A model generated the notes under the pieces. It was not told the origin of the DNA, ran no database searches, and was given only the letters and a program-made list of their open reading frames with translations. From positions 248,001 through 312,000 of the forward strand of contig AP026144.1 in NCBI GenBank assembly GCA_030295235.1: a stretch of 64,000 bases of DNA, in the 5' to 3' direction. The stretch is from Fistulifera solaris (Eukaryota). The position numbers were made by a program, and so were the translations under genes. Every line of letters begins with the position of its first letter. The first letter of the stretch is position 1. This document shows, piece by piece, positions 25,546 to 35,742 of the stretch.

Positions 25546-26508
25546 ATGTCATCTCGCATGGTCGGCAATCATTCCATCGCTGGACGCGCTAGTCGTCAGC
25601 TGTCAATGCGAGTGATTCGGCTCGGCGTCGTTACGTGTTTTCATCCTAAAAATGCGATCTTTTTCGTTTCTTCAAGGTCAATGAGTAGCAGTCGCGATGC
25701 TCAAAAAGCTGCTTATGAGTATTATCGAAAGCAGCAGGAATCGACCTTATGGTTTAAGTTATTCGGAAATCGAAGAAAAAAGCGACCCCAAATGTCGGCA
25801 GCGGAACGAAATATAGCGTTGGCTTGGTATGCCGCAGCGGTGGTGATAGGATCTCTAGGGGCTACATACGCAGCGGTTCCTTTGTACAAAGTATTTTGTC
25901 AAACAACAGGTTTTGGCGGCACAACGCAACGGGTTCGGATTGAAGGCGATGGTTCGTCCCAGCCGGGTGTGATTGAATCATTTTTGGAATCGGTTGCTGG
26001 CAAGCTGCCTATTACTACAGCACGCGTACACACATGGACAGATGAAGAAGCAGCGGCCAAACTGGCTTCATTGAAACCGGTGGCCAACGCTGACATGATG
26101 ACGGTTCGATTTGACACGACCGTCTCAGATATATTGCCTTGGTCGTTCGTCCCTGTGCAACTCGATGTCAAAGTGGTTCCTGGCGAAACAGCTCTCAGTT
26201 TCTTTCGTGTCACCAATCATTCTGATAAGGCAATTACTGGTGTGGCGACGTACAACGTCCATCCACCAAAAGTCGGGCTCTATTTTCAAAAAATTCAGTG
26301 TTTCTGTTTCGAAGAGCAACGCCTTCTGCCGGGGGAAAGTGTGGACATGCCAGTGTTCTTCTTTATTGATCCGGAGATTCTGGATGATCCGCAGGTATCC
26401 TACATTCGCTCTATCACTTTGTCGTACACATTTTTCCAAACGGACGAAGATGACGATGATGAAGACAACGATAAAGATAGTGAAAAGAAGAAGAAGAGCG
26501 TCGCATAG
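25546..26508 (+). CDS. COX11: Cytochrome c oxidase assembly protein Cox11/CtaG
   Basis: YAAVPLYKVFCQTTGFGGT, VVPGETAL, GVATYNV, YFQKIQCFCFEEQRL, DMPVFFFIDP, ITLSYTFF. Confidence 0.96.
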   Translation: MSSRMVGNHSIAGRASRQLSMRVIRLGVVTCFHPKNAIFFVSSRSMSSSRDAQKAAYEYYRKQQESTLWFKLFGNRRKKRPQMSAAERNIALAWYAAAVVIGSLGATYAAVPLYKVFCQTTGFGGTTQRVRIEGDGSSQPGVIESFLESVAGKLPITTARVHTWTDEEAAAKLASLKPVANADMMTVRFDTTVSDILPWSFVPVQLDVKVVPGETALSFFRVTNHSDKAITGVATYNVHPPKVGLYFQKIQCFCFEEQRLLPGESVDMPVFFFIDPEILDDPQVSYIRSITLSYTFFQTDEDDDDEDNDKDSEKKKKSVA

Positions 26509-26668
26509 TAACGGCGGTATCAGGCTTGGCGATTCTACGTAAAGTTTCCTTTTCAATTGACATGTTTGGTGACAAGAATGATGTGTAAAATTGAAATGTT
26601 CTAGCGATAACGAATAACTGGTTTAATTCACCACATGAAGAGCTCTTTCTATAAAATTTTACGCCTAA

Positions 26669-27019
26669 TTATTCTTCTACCTTCTTACGCATATCTGCGT
26701 TGTTACTTTCGATGGCTTTCTCGTGTTCTGTAATCTGCCTTTTCAGATTCTCGATATCAAAGATGGCCTCGTTGATGCACGTCTGTAACGCGTCTTCCCC
26801 GGCTTGCTGGTCGAGCTTCAGCGTAAGATAGTCTGAACCAAACTTCTTCTTGCGATTGTCGATATCGAACTCAAGCTTTTTGATTAATGCTACTTCTTTT
26901 GCGTTCACCGAGCCAGTTTTGGTAGCTACCCACGCTTTTACGACATTCTCTTGAAGGTTCTTCCATAACTTGAGAACGGCATTCTCGTCGCCATCGGTGG
27001 TAGTAATTGTAGTGCTCAT
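26669..27019 (-). CDS. Small hypothetical coiled-coil protein
   Basis: 116-aa ATG-initiated ORF with protein-like, helical composition, convergent with COX11. Confidence 0.6.
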   Translation of the reverse strand: MSTTITTTDGDENAVLKLWKNLQENVVKAWVATKTGSVNAKEVALIKKLEFDIDNRKKKFGSDYLTLKLDQQAGEDALQTCINEAIFDIENLKRQITEHEKAIESNNADMRKKVEE

Positions 27020-27805
27020 CTCTAATAAATTTGACTTGAAAGCGCGTTCTATGCGTTGTACCTAAATCTGCTTGTTTGTTTGTGAAGATACACGGAATGA
27101 TTGTTGCGTTGCAACGACTATTTTTCTCGCCGAAGAATTCGTGCCCGTTGGTCTTGTGTCTTGTGAACCAGGACGCAAAAAAGTCATCTTCTACTTAGAT
27201 CAGTTTTGTTTCGCGTCGTAGAAGACATGTACGGCTACACTAACAAATAGACTGAGGTCATTTTTTCCGAACTTCACATTCCTAAGGGACTGACGGATGA
27301 AGTACAAACCGACTTGAAATGCCGAAGATGAAAAAAGCGAATGAAAATCCATCCACGTCACCCCAACAATCGCAACGGTATTTTCTCACATAATAAAAAC
27401 AAACAAGACTACAACTTCTCATATAGTCGCTATATAATGTCAAATCAAAAGTATCGTCGACCGTCCCTGCGTTGTAAAAGACCGCAGCACGCATCATTCA
27501 CACGTCTACAAACAGGAGATTGTACCAGGTATTTGACTGTTCTGACAATATTTTATTGCTTGGTAAGTCGCTCTTATCATTTTTTGGTTAATATAATTCA
27601 CTTGAATACATAGGTTACGTTATCGAAGAAAACGGCGCTTGGCGGCGCCAGAATTGCGCAATCGATCAGCACCAGTACCTCCAATTGAGTCGCTCATTTC
27701 GTCTGTCTGCAAGTCGGCTTTCGTTGTTTTGATGACGGGTTAAGCGTTGTGATTTGCTCGACTTTCTAATGCTGAATTCTATTTTCAGATTATTAAACGA
27801 ATAAG

Positions 27806-28432
27806 ATGCAGAGGGTCCAGCCATTTGTTCAGCGTGTCTCTATGAGCGTGGCAAAGCGCTCCTTCTCCACCCCGGCGGAGCACAAACCGTTGATTACTTT
27901 GCACGGAATCCATGCCCGTTACGCCAATGCGACTTACGTTGCCGCTTCCAAGGCCGGAAAGTTGGACAATGTGGAAGCTGAATTGAAGGGTCTGGCTGCT
28001 GCGGCCGGTAAGCCCGGTGCCTGGAAGACTCTTTTGGAGAACCCCTTAATTGCCCGCCAAGCGAAAGTGGACGCTTGCGCGAAATTGGATGACAAGCTCT
28101 CCCCGGTAACTCGTAATCTTTTGGTGACCATGGCTGGAAATGCCAGATTGGCAGATCTTCCGAAAGTCGTGTCTACTTTTGAGCAGTTGATGAAAGCCAA
28201 GCGTGGAGAAGTCGATGCCAAGATTATTAGTGCCGAGCCTTTGAGTGCAGCTCAACTAAAGGCCGTCGAAAAGGCAATGGCTTCACAAGTTCCCAAGGGA
28301 AAGAAAGTCGTGATCCAAGCGGTCACGGACCCTTCGATTGTTGGCGGTCTTCAGGTGCAAATTGGTGACCAATTCTTGGATCTTTCGGTCAAGAGCCGTA
28401 TTGAAGAGATTTCCACCATGAGCGTTGATTAA
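27806..28432 (+). CDS. ATP5O: Mitochondrial ATP synthase subunit O (OSCP/delta)
   Basis: HGIHARYANATY, NLLVTMAGNARL, SAEPLS, DPSIVGGLQVQIGDQFLDLSVKSRI; mitochondrial presequence. Confidence 0.95.
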   Translation: MQRVQPFVQRVSMSVAKRSFSTPAEHKPLITLHGIHARYANATYVAASKAGKLDNVEAELKGLAAAAGKPGAWKTLLENPLIARQAKVDACAKLDDKLSPVTRNLLVTMAGNARLADLPKVVSTFEQLMKAKRGEVDAKIISAEPLSAAQLKAVEKAMASQVPKGKKVVIQAVTDPSIVGGLQVQIGDQFLDLSVKSRIEEISTMSVD

Positions 28433-29348
28433 AGCAATACTGTACTAGTTCACGGTTGTCCTTCAAACAACAAACGATAAGCTTTAAGAATAATTTTTAA
28501 AAACTATTTATCATTCTCGACAATAATTAGCTTAAGTAGTATATGCCCATAGCCCATAGCTTGGTAATCCGACAACAGGAAATGATGCGTCAAAAGTCTA
28601 GAGGACTTAAAACTCTTTCCAGGGGCAGTTTTCATGCCGACCCCGAGACACTATTTTGTTTGTGGTGAAAGTCCTACTCCTCTCATCTCTAGACTTATTC
28701 GTGGTTTTAACTAGGGTGAAATCACGACTGGACTGGATGACGATGTGTACATTTTTGCAAATAGTGTGGGCGGGAAGCCGCGTCAGCCTTCCATTTTTGC
28801 GCGTGTACCGCACTCCGTGTCCCCCTCGCCACTGAATCAAGTACTTTTTGTTAGGTTGATGTTTGATGTCTTTTGGCACTCAATCCACCTGGCGCGTGAA
28901 GATTTCGATACAATGGATTCCGTCAGGGAGAAAGGATATTTTTATTTAGACAACTCACATGTTGATTTTCTAAGTACAGCTGTAGGCTTAGGAACGCGCG
29001 CCAGCACGTCGTCGCGCCAGACTGTTTTGAAAACGTTCCCCAGAATTTTCCGTGAGTGATTTGATCGAAGGTCATCTCTTGTTAGCCGTAGTTGGATTGT
29101 TCTTAATGAAAATTTGGACTTTTGTTGTATCACTAATCAAAAGACCAGTAACTAAGAGAGAGACAACGTCTCATGTCACTTTTGTGTCGGCGGAGAGAGA
29201 AAGTCGTGAGAGATCGAACTGTACCTGCTGCCTTGTGATACTTCCAGCGCACTCCAGAGCTATCACAAAAGTCGGGTCGCTTTTGTGAGCAGCTAGATCC
29301 TGCCGCGTTTCATTTGGTGACAGCGTGACTATCAGCGTTTGCGAAAGA

Positions 29349-31205
29349 ATGAACTACAGTGACTCTCAAAAGGTGGATTTGCAGTATTCATCGCCGTCTT
29401 CGTCTTCGAGCAGTGCTCCAGCAGTGTCTACGCCCAGTAACCCGCATAATTATCCAATGACTAGCTCAAGCATTCCTCCGGACCCTTCGCTGCATCATCG
29501 ATATTGTCTCGTGATCCATCGGCAGCCGTTTCATGTGTTCTCTGGGGAGTCTTTTGAAATTGAGTTTGGGCTTGCGCGTGCGGATCCTGAATCAATAACA
29601 AGGAATGCAGAAGATAGCAATAGTCCTCCTTCTGCTATTGATATTACTGCTTTTCTTGAATCTCATGTCATGGAGGGTGCTTCCAGTGATCCGGCATTAC
29701 CGGATGAGACGACTTTTGAGGTACTTCAGGAGCCACGGATTTCGCCTCGGAGACAGACAGGGAAACTAGTTGCCCGCATACATCACAATGTTCAGAAGGA
29801 GAGAAACGCATTTGTCATTCGACTTGATGCCAAAGGAGATGTACAGGGAACTCAGTCGGCAGTCATTTACGTTGTACGCGCAAAATTGAACATAACTACT
29901 CCTTCTGACTGGCCTGACCCAGTTTGGTATAAAGATGAAGGTGGTCGAGACAAATGTATGGAGGTCACTGTCACTATCACCGATAAAGAATCGCAACGCC
30001 TGCATGAGACCACACCTCTCCGTGTCGAGCTATTCTACGAAGCAAAGCCATCTGGGAGACCTACGGCTGTTTTGAACCAAGATATCTTGAGATTGCTGGG
30101 TTCGTCGAGAATTCTTGAGCTCGATAGTAGTGGGCAAACCAAGTTGCGGTTTCGGGTCGAGGACGTATCTAAGAACCACCAGGGTCAGAACTTTGTGCTA
30201 AAAATTCAACCGAAAGCTGAGATTGTGGACATTGCTCCAGCATGGACTCCTGCTGTAGCGATTCGATCGAAACGAAACAAACGACAACGCTCGCACACAA
30301 CAAACCATACCGAGGATTTTCCGTCTCCCGTGGCTACCGCCCCTCAACCACCACATCACAATGAACGTCTTCGAGAAGCGGTAAATGGTATTACGCGTTG
30401 GTCAGAAGAGGTGGTGAATGGTATCTATCCTTTGCAGTGGCAGGTAATGGGATATGCGCAAAACGCGGACGGCAGTTACGACTACAATCGCCCTTATCAC
30501 AACATGCAGAATCCCAATGCTTTTGTTTCGCGTATTCTCGCCATCTATAACAGCACCATTCGAGATCAGCTGCAATTTCTTCGGAGTTCTCTTGAATCGA
30601 GCTCTGTATTTGATTACGAACATCGTTCTCCGCGAGAGGCTTTCAACCCACTGCCAGGGCCGCCACAGCACGTTGCATACCCACCTCCGCCCCCTCATTC
30701 CACTCAGCAGCTAATGCCTATACCTCATGTACACCAACATCACGCTGCTCCCCATCCCCATCAGCTATATCCCGTCAAAAATGAGTACACATATTACCGT
30801 GACTCACCGAGCGACTTTCCGCCTCGTGCCGACAAGATGGACATGGACGATCATGAAGATGAATCTAGAGTTGAATATGTCTTGGCCAAGCAATTCAAAT
30901 CCTTCTCTACTGGAGAAATTTTGGGCTTTCCAGCCTATTCGGCTCACCGACAAATCGTTGGTTTCTTTCGTGAAATTGGTAATGGGTCGCGTCAGTTTAG
31001 CTCAATCCGCAAACATTACTTCAATGCCTCTGAACGACAGCAAGCTTCGGAAGTTTTGCTGCAGGAGATTTCGAAGAAGAGTCCCGCTGTGCATGCATTG
31101 AAAGATTGGGGTTCCTTGCCCAGTTTACTCGACCACGCGCTGGTCTACGATTGGAGCAAGGACCTTAAAAATCCATCTGGACGCTCATCCAGGTCGGAAA
31201 TCTAA
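29349..31205 (+). CDS. Conserved-looking hypothetical nuclear protein
   Basis: 626-aa ORF; globular core WYKDEGGRDKCM...FRVEDVSKNHQGQNF followed by basic RSKRNKRQR and a Pro/His-rich tract. Confidence 0.75.
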   Translation: MNYSDSQKVDLQYSSPSSSSSSAPAVSTPSNPHNYPMTSSSIPPDPSLHHRYCLVIHRQPFHVFSGESFEIEFGLARADPESITRNAEDSNSPPSAIDITAFLESHVMEGASSDPALPDETTFEVLQEPRISPRRQTGKLVARIHHNVQKERNAFVIRLDAKGDVQGTQSAVIYVVRAKLNITTPSDWPDPVWYKDEGGRDKCMEVTVTITDKESQRLHETTPLRVELFYEAKPSGRPTAVLNQDILRLLGSSRILELDSSGQTKLRFRVEDVSKNHQGQNFVLKIQPKAEIVDIAPAWTPAVAIRSKRNKRQRSHTTNHTEDFPSPVATAPQPPHHNERLREAVNGITRWSEEVVNGIYPLQWQVMGYAQNADGSYDYNRPYHNMQNPNAFVSRILAIYNSTIRDQLQFLRSSLESSSVFDYEHRSPREAFNPLPGPPQHVAYPPPPPHSTQQLMPIPHVHQHHAAPHPHQLYPVKNEYTYYRDSPSDFPPRADKMDMDDHEDESRVEYVLAKQFKSFSTGEILGFPAYSAHRQIVGFFREIGNGSRQFSSIRKHYFNASERQQASEVLLQEISKKSPAVHALKDWGSLPSLLDHALVYDWSKDLKNPSGRSSRSEI

Positions 31206-31225
31206 GAAATTAACAATGTAGCATA

Positions 31226-31283
31226 CCGTATACTAGCATGCATGTCTGATTGTCCCGTATACTAGCATGCATGTCTGATTGTC
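31226..31283. repeat. Perfect 29-bp tandem duplication
   Basis: CCGTATACTAGCATGCATGTCTGATTGTC x2 (31226-31254, 31255-31283). Confidence 0.9.
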
Positions 31284-31482
31284 TTTTGCACCTCTTTTAA
31301 ATCATTTTTAGGTACGTTTCGTATAATTTTTACGTTGTGCACTTATTCCCTCTTGACAAATTGGTGCGTTTCAACGGCATCTCTCGGCTGCATTGACAAC
31401 CTGCATCAATCACTTAAGGTCAATAAGTTGTTTTCCAAGTCGGCAAACGAACTTCTTATGTACAAATCCTCGTGATGCAGTC

Positions 31483-31953
31483 TCATTGTTCGGGCGATCT
31501 TGCCTTTGTTTCTTGTTCTTCCTTCTTCTCGTCAACGAATTCGTCTAGTAGTTCTTTAGCACGATAAACTTTGGATTGCAAATAGAAGCTTCCGCCGCCT
31601 CCTCGTTTCACTTCGTTGGCACTCATGTACTTTTCAAATTGCTTTGTTTTCAAAGAAAAAGTGAGTTATAAGTAGATGATGCCTGGGAGTTTCGTTAACG
31701 ACGAGAGATTACCACATTCTCGTACCTTTTGTATTGCTTCAGCTGTCAACTTTTCTTCTTGATGCAAATTCAGTATCTGGAGCGCTTCTTCCTTCGACAT
31801 GGCCTTTCGTGTGACAGCTTGCGCGGCCGTGACCCCGCCTTTTTTTGCATTTCCGAGTGCCTGCGCATAGGCAGCAGGAAGTGCGCGAACTAAGACTGCT
31901 ATTGCAGGGACTATGACTTGTGCAATGATGCGAGCCAAAGGACCGACCGCCAT
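31483..31953 (-). CDS. PAM16: Mitochondrial import motor subunit Pam16/Tim16
   Basis: MSKEEALQILNL; intron 31642-31725; exon 2 QFEKYMSANEVKRGGGGSFYLQSKVYRAKELL contains the GGSFYLQSKV signature. Confidence 0.93.
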
Positions 31954-31964
31954 GTTCTATTTGA

Positions 31965-32030
31965 TGTTGTTGTTGTTGTTGTTGTTGTTGTTGTCGGTTT
32001 TTTGTTTGCTGTTGTTGTCGTTGTCGTTGA
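31965..32030. repeat. (TTG)n/(CAA)n microsatellite in the PAM16 5' region
   Basis: Run of GTT triplets followed by degenerate copies. Confidence 0.85.
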
Positions 32031-32503
32031 TGTCGGAATTTTGTCATGAAAAAATATTGATTAATCCTCATGGTCGCATGGTCGTCGACGGCGGTGCTGG
32101 GAGAGGGCCAGTCGACGTTTTAGTCACGGCTTGCGTGCGGCGCGGCGGCGGCTTGCCAATGGGCGCACTTCAATCGTGACTCATGACTAACTCATGACCC
32201 ATGATTTTTCATTTCTGGCGGGCGCCGTACAAGCTACATTTTCGTTCATACTCGAAGTACCTGTCCTTAATCCATTATACATGCATAGGCCAAAATCACA
32301 GCCGTTGTGATTACAACGGACAAAGTGAGTTAGAGTCAAGCGCCAATAACGCAAAAACTCCTCCGCTTCGACATCAAGTCACAATCACACTCCCGTGACC
32401 GTGACCTGTCAAAGAGTAACAAGACACCCAACAGCCCAAAAGCAGCCGCACTTTCGGTGTCAAGGAAAAGGTCCTTTCTAAATCTCTTTTCTGATTCTTG
32501 CAC

Positions 32504-34298
32504 ATGGGTTGCGGATCGTCGACTGCTTCAAAAGGGCGGGTAAGAAATATTACTTGTCGTTGGATCGAGCGAAGAGCGCCGTCGCTGTCCGCCATCGTTC
32601 TTCGAGATTCACCCTGTTCTGTTTGCGGTTCGTCCCGCTTCGAGAATGACTCTGCATGTCCCACTCGCATTCATATTCTGATCTCTAGTTAGACTAACAC
32701 GTTTTGTTCGATATAGGAATCCTCAAAGGTACCTAGTGCGACATCTCCCAACCGCGATTTTTTCCCATCCCCCAACGAGCCAAAGAATCCACCGAAACTC
32801 CATTCAGAGACCTCGCCAAGTGTTTCTGATAAACCATCTATTCCCAAAGTCACTCCAGAATCAAAAGAAAGTCCCAATAAAGTCAAGAAAGACACTACAA
32901 ATAATAATAAGGAAACTATGGTATCTCCCATCTCCCCGAAGAAGAAGTCAACGTATGTTCCGCCGGCTCCGATTACGGTCATGTCCGCTCCGACGAAATC
33001 TGACTCGACGAAAAGAAGAGCGTATCAAGTAAACCGACTGTAACAAAGAAACCTTCCAAGACATCCGCACCTGTAGAAGACACGAGTGAAGGATCGGTCG
33101 AACCCTTCGGCGGCAATTCGTCGCATTCCGGCGACAAATTGAGTTTACGGGACGAAAGTGAAGACGAGGATGACTTTGGCGAAAAAAGCTTTGGGGAGGG
33201 ATGAGTTTGAACAGGCCGTTCCGTTGAAAGCTACGGACAAGTCCAAGCCGGTTCAGCAATACAATCACGCCACGCATTCGACTCCGGAACCCAGCTCCGA
33301 ATCGGGGATGCGATTTGATGAGCTCTATCGACTCAAGGGTGTTCTCGGAACGGGCGCCTTTTCGACCGTTCGGGAAGGCTTTCATCGATCGAATGCCGAT
33401 TTCTCGTACGCTGTGAAGTGTATTAATCGAAAGAAGATGAGTGAAGAAGACGAGGCGGCTCTCTTGGATGAAGTCGGCATTCTCAAAGAACTAAGACATG
33501 CTCACATTATCCGATTGTATGATTTCTTTGTCGAGCCGTCGACATACTATTTGGTGATGGAACGGATGCGAGGAGGCGAACTGTTTGATCGTATCGTGGC
33601 GAAAGCCTATTACAACGAGAAGGAGGCGCGGGACACTTGCTTGATTGTCTTGCAAGCCGTTGGATATTGTCATAAAAACAGGGTTGCACACAGGGACTTG
33701 AAGCCTGAGAACCTTTTGTTATTGAGTGAAGACGATGACACCTCCGTAAAGATCGCAGATTTTGGATTTGCCAAGCGGGTTTCAGAGCCCAATTCCTTGT
33801 CCACACAGTGCGGAACGCCCGGCTACGTGGCTCCAGAAATTTTAGAGGGAACGCTGTACGACGAGCGAGCGGACATGTGGAGCGTTGGCGTTATTCTGTA
33901 TATTCTGTTGGGTGGATATCCCCCATTCATTGAGTCGACCCAGCGAGACTTGTTCCGAAAAAATTAGAAAGGGCGAGTATGAATTCCATGAAGAGTACTG
34001 GGGCACGGTCAGTTCCGATGCCAAAGACTTGATCCGAAATCTTTTAATGGTGAACATTAAGAAGCGTTTAACAGCAGAGCAAGCTTTGAAGAACGCTTGG
34101 ATATTAGGAGACGACGCGAAACTCGCTAATCGCGATTTGGGAGCGAATCTTGACAAGCTGCGAAGTTTCAACGGTAAGCGAAAATTCCGTGCCGCTGTTG
34201 CGACCGTGATGGCAGTCAACAAGTTGAACAGTCTCGGTCTAGTATTCATGGAAAAGCCGTTCCAGCACATTAGTGATGATGGAGGAAAGTCAAATTAA
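32504..34298 (+). CDS. CaMK-like Ser/Thr kinase with N-terminal MGCGSS acylation motif
   Basis: Exon 1 MGCGSSTASKGR (32504-32539), intron 32540-32716, Pro/Ser/Lys-rich linker; GTGAFS, YAVK, HRDLKPEN, DFG, CGTPGYVAPE; CaM-binding-like KRKFRAAVATV; frameshift in the A-run near 33960. Confidence 0.9.
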
Positions 34299-35013
34299 AG
34301 TTACGACCCTCGGACGTACTCTCCGCTTCCTTTGCTGAATTCATACTGGAGATTGGAGTTGGTACGGATAAAAGGTTTTTCTGAGACTGGAATCGTTCTT
34401 TTCCTGCTCTTTTATAACTTCTAATTATACCCATTTGCCGTGGCGCAGGAAGGTATCAGTCACGGTGTATTGCAATGTAGCACAATTGATAAATTCCTTT
34501 ACTTCCTTCGTTCTCCGTCATCACCAACACTCCGTATTACTGAACTGTCTACATGTATTTTTCCAGCGTTATCACAATCAACCTCTTCATCATCCGTTTC
34601 TAAGCCTCATCGTTCCAATATACTTTTAGTATCGTGAAGCTGCCATGAATCAAGGATGTTTGCTTTAAATAAGACCGATAAAAAATACTCAGTAATAATG
34701 ATCCATAGATGTCGGCCTCCCGAACATTTATACCGCTTCTACGTCTTTCTACGTCTCGCTATACCAATTTCCAATTTGGTACGGTATGTTTTTCCAAAAA
34801 TCCTCGAAAGTACCAGTACCGGTACCGGTACCAGGTACAGCGGTGTACCCTAGATTTTAGTACACAGTAAACAGATGGCGGTCTGTCGTCTACCGCGGAA
34901 ATTTTCGCGACGACGAAAATTTTTGTGCCTTTGCATTGCGGAGTATTGTATTTAGTATTTAGACGGATGGCGATGGTGAATGCAACTGTCAATAACATAA
35001 AGTGGTAGGCAAC

Positions 35014-35396
35014 ATGAAGACTGCAAACGGCAAAACATCGAAAGTATCAACTACTAAGCCAGAGGAGACAACGGCGGAAAAAGAATCATCCGGCTGGGGC
35101 GAAATTGAGGGTCTTTTGAACAGTGGGAAAAGAAGAAGAAAGAACAGAAAGAAGAAATAGAAGAGCTGGAGCGGAGCCGGAAGAAGAAGAAAAAGAGTTA
35201 TTCGAGTAACCCTTCCATCTCGGGGAAGCCTGATACAAAGTGGATCGATGACGGTCTCGGTGGTGTTTACAATTCCGAAGGTTTCACCGGACGAGTCGAA
35301 GATGGTGTGAAAGTTTTCAAGGCGCACATCCTCCAAAAAGCGAATGCCGGTCAATCTCCCGATTGCCCTTTTGACTGCGACTGCTGCTACATTTGA
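35014..35396 (+). CDS. DUF1764-family small protein (frameshifted; absent from the ORF track)
   Basis: MKTANGKT...WGEIEGL, then WIDDGLGGVYNSEGFTGRVEDGVKVFKAHIL...GQSPDCPFDCDCCYI*; the terminal CPFDCxCC motif is typical of DUF1764. Confidence 0.8.
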
Positions 35397-35742
35397 GTAA
35401 AGAAATTCAAACAGGAGAGCACTAGTTCGATGCAATGCACTTGACATTTGACGCTGACTGTATCCATGAGTTGCGGTTTTCGTTCTCGCACTCGCATGAC
35501 TGAAGGAAGTCTAGAAACAAATGCTGGCGGCGGACACCGCTGAATCCTGAATCCTTTGTAGAGGAGCGTCGCTGTCGTTCATCAATTTGTAAAACAAGAA
35601 CGCAATCTACCGTAAAGGTTTTTTTTTCTTACCGAGGGGTATTTATGTATCTACTTGAAGCTATGACCAAACTAATTTAGAGTCTATGAATTTCTATTCG
35701 TTTCTGTACAAAAGATTCAATTCGAGCAAAAGAATGCATAGC

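Noticed and set aside
33955..33967. Programmed ribosomal frameshifting as explanation for broken ORFs
   Set aside because: Breaks occur in both directions at varied homopolymers with no common slippery motif.
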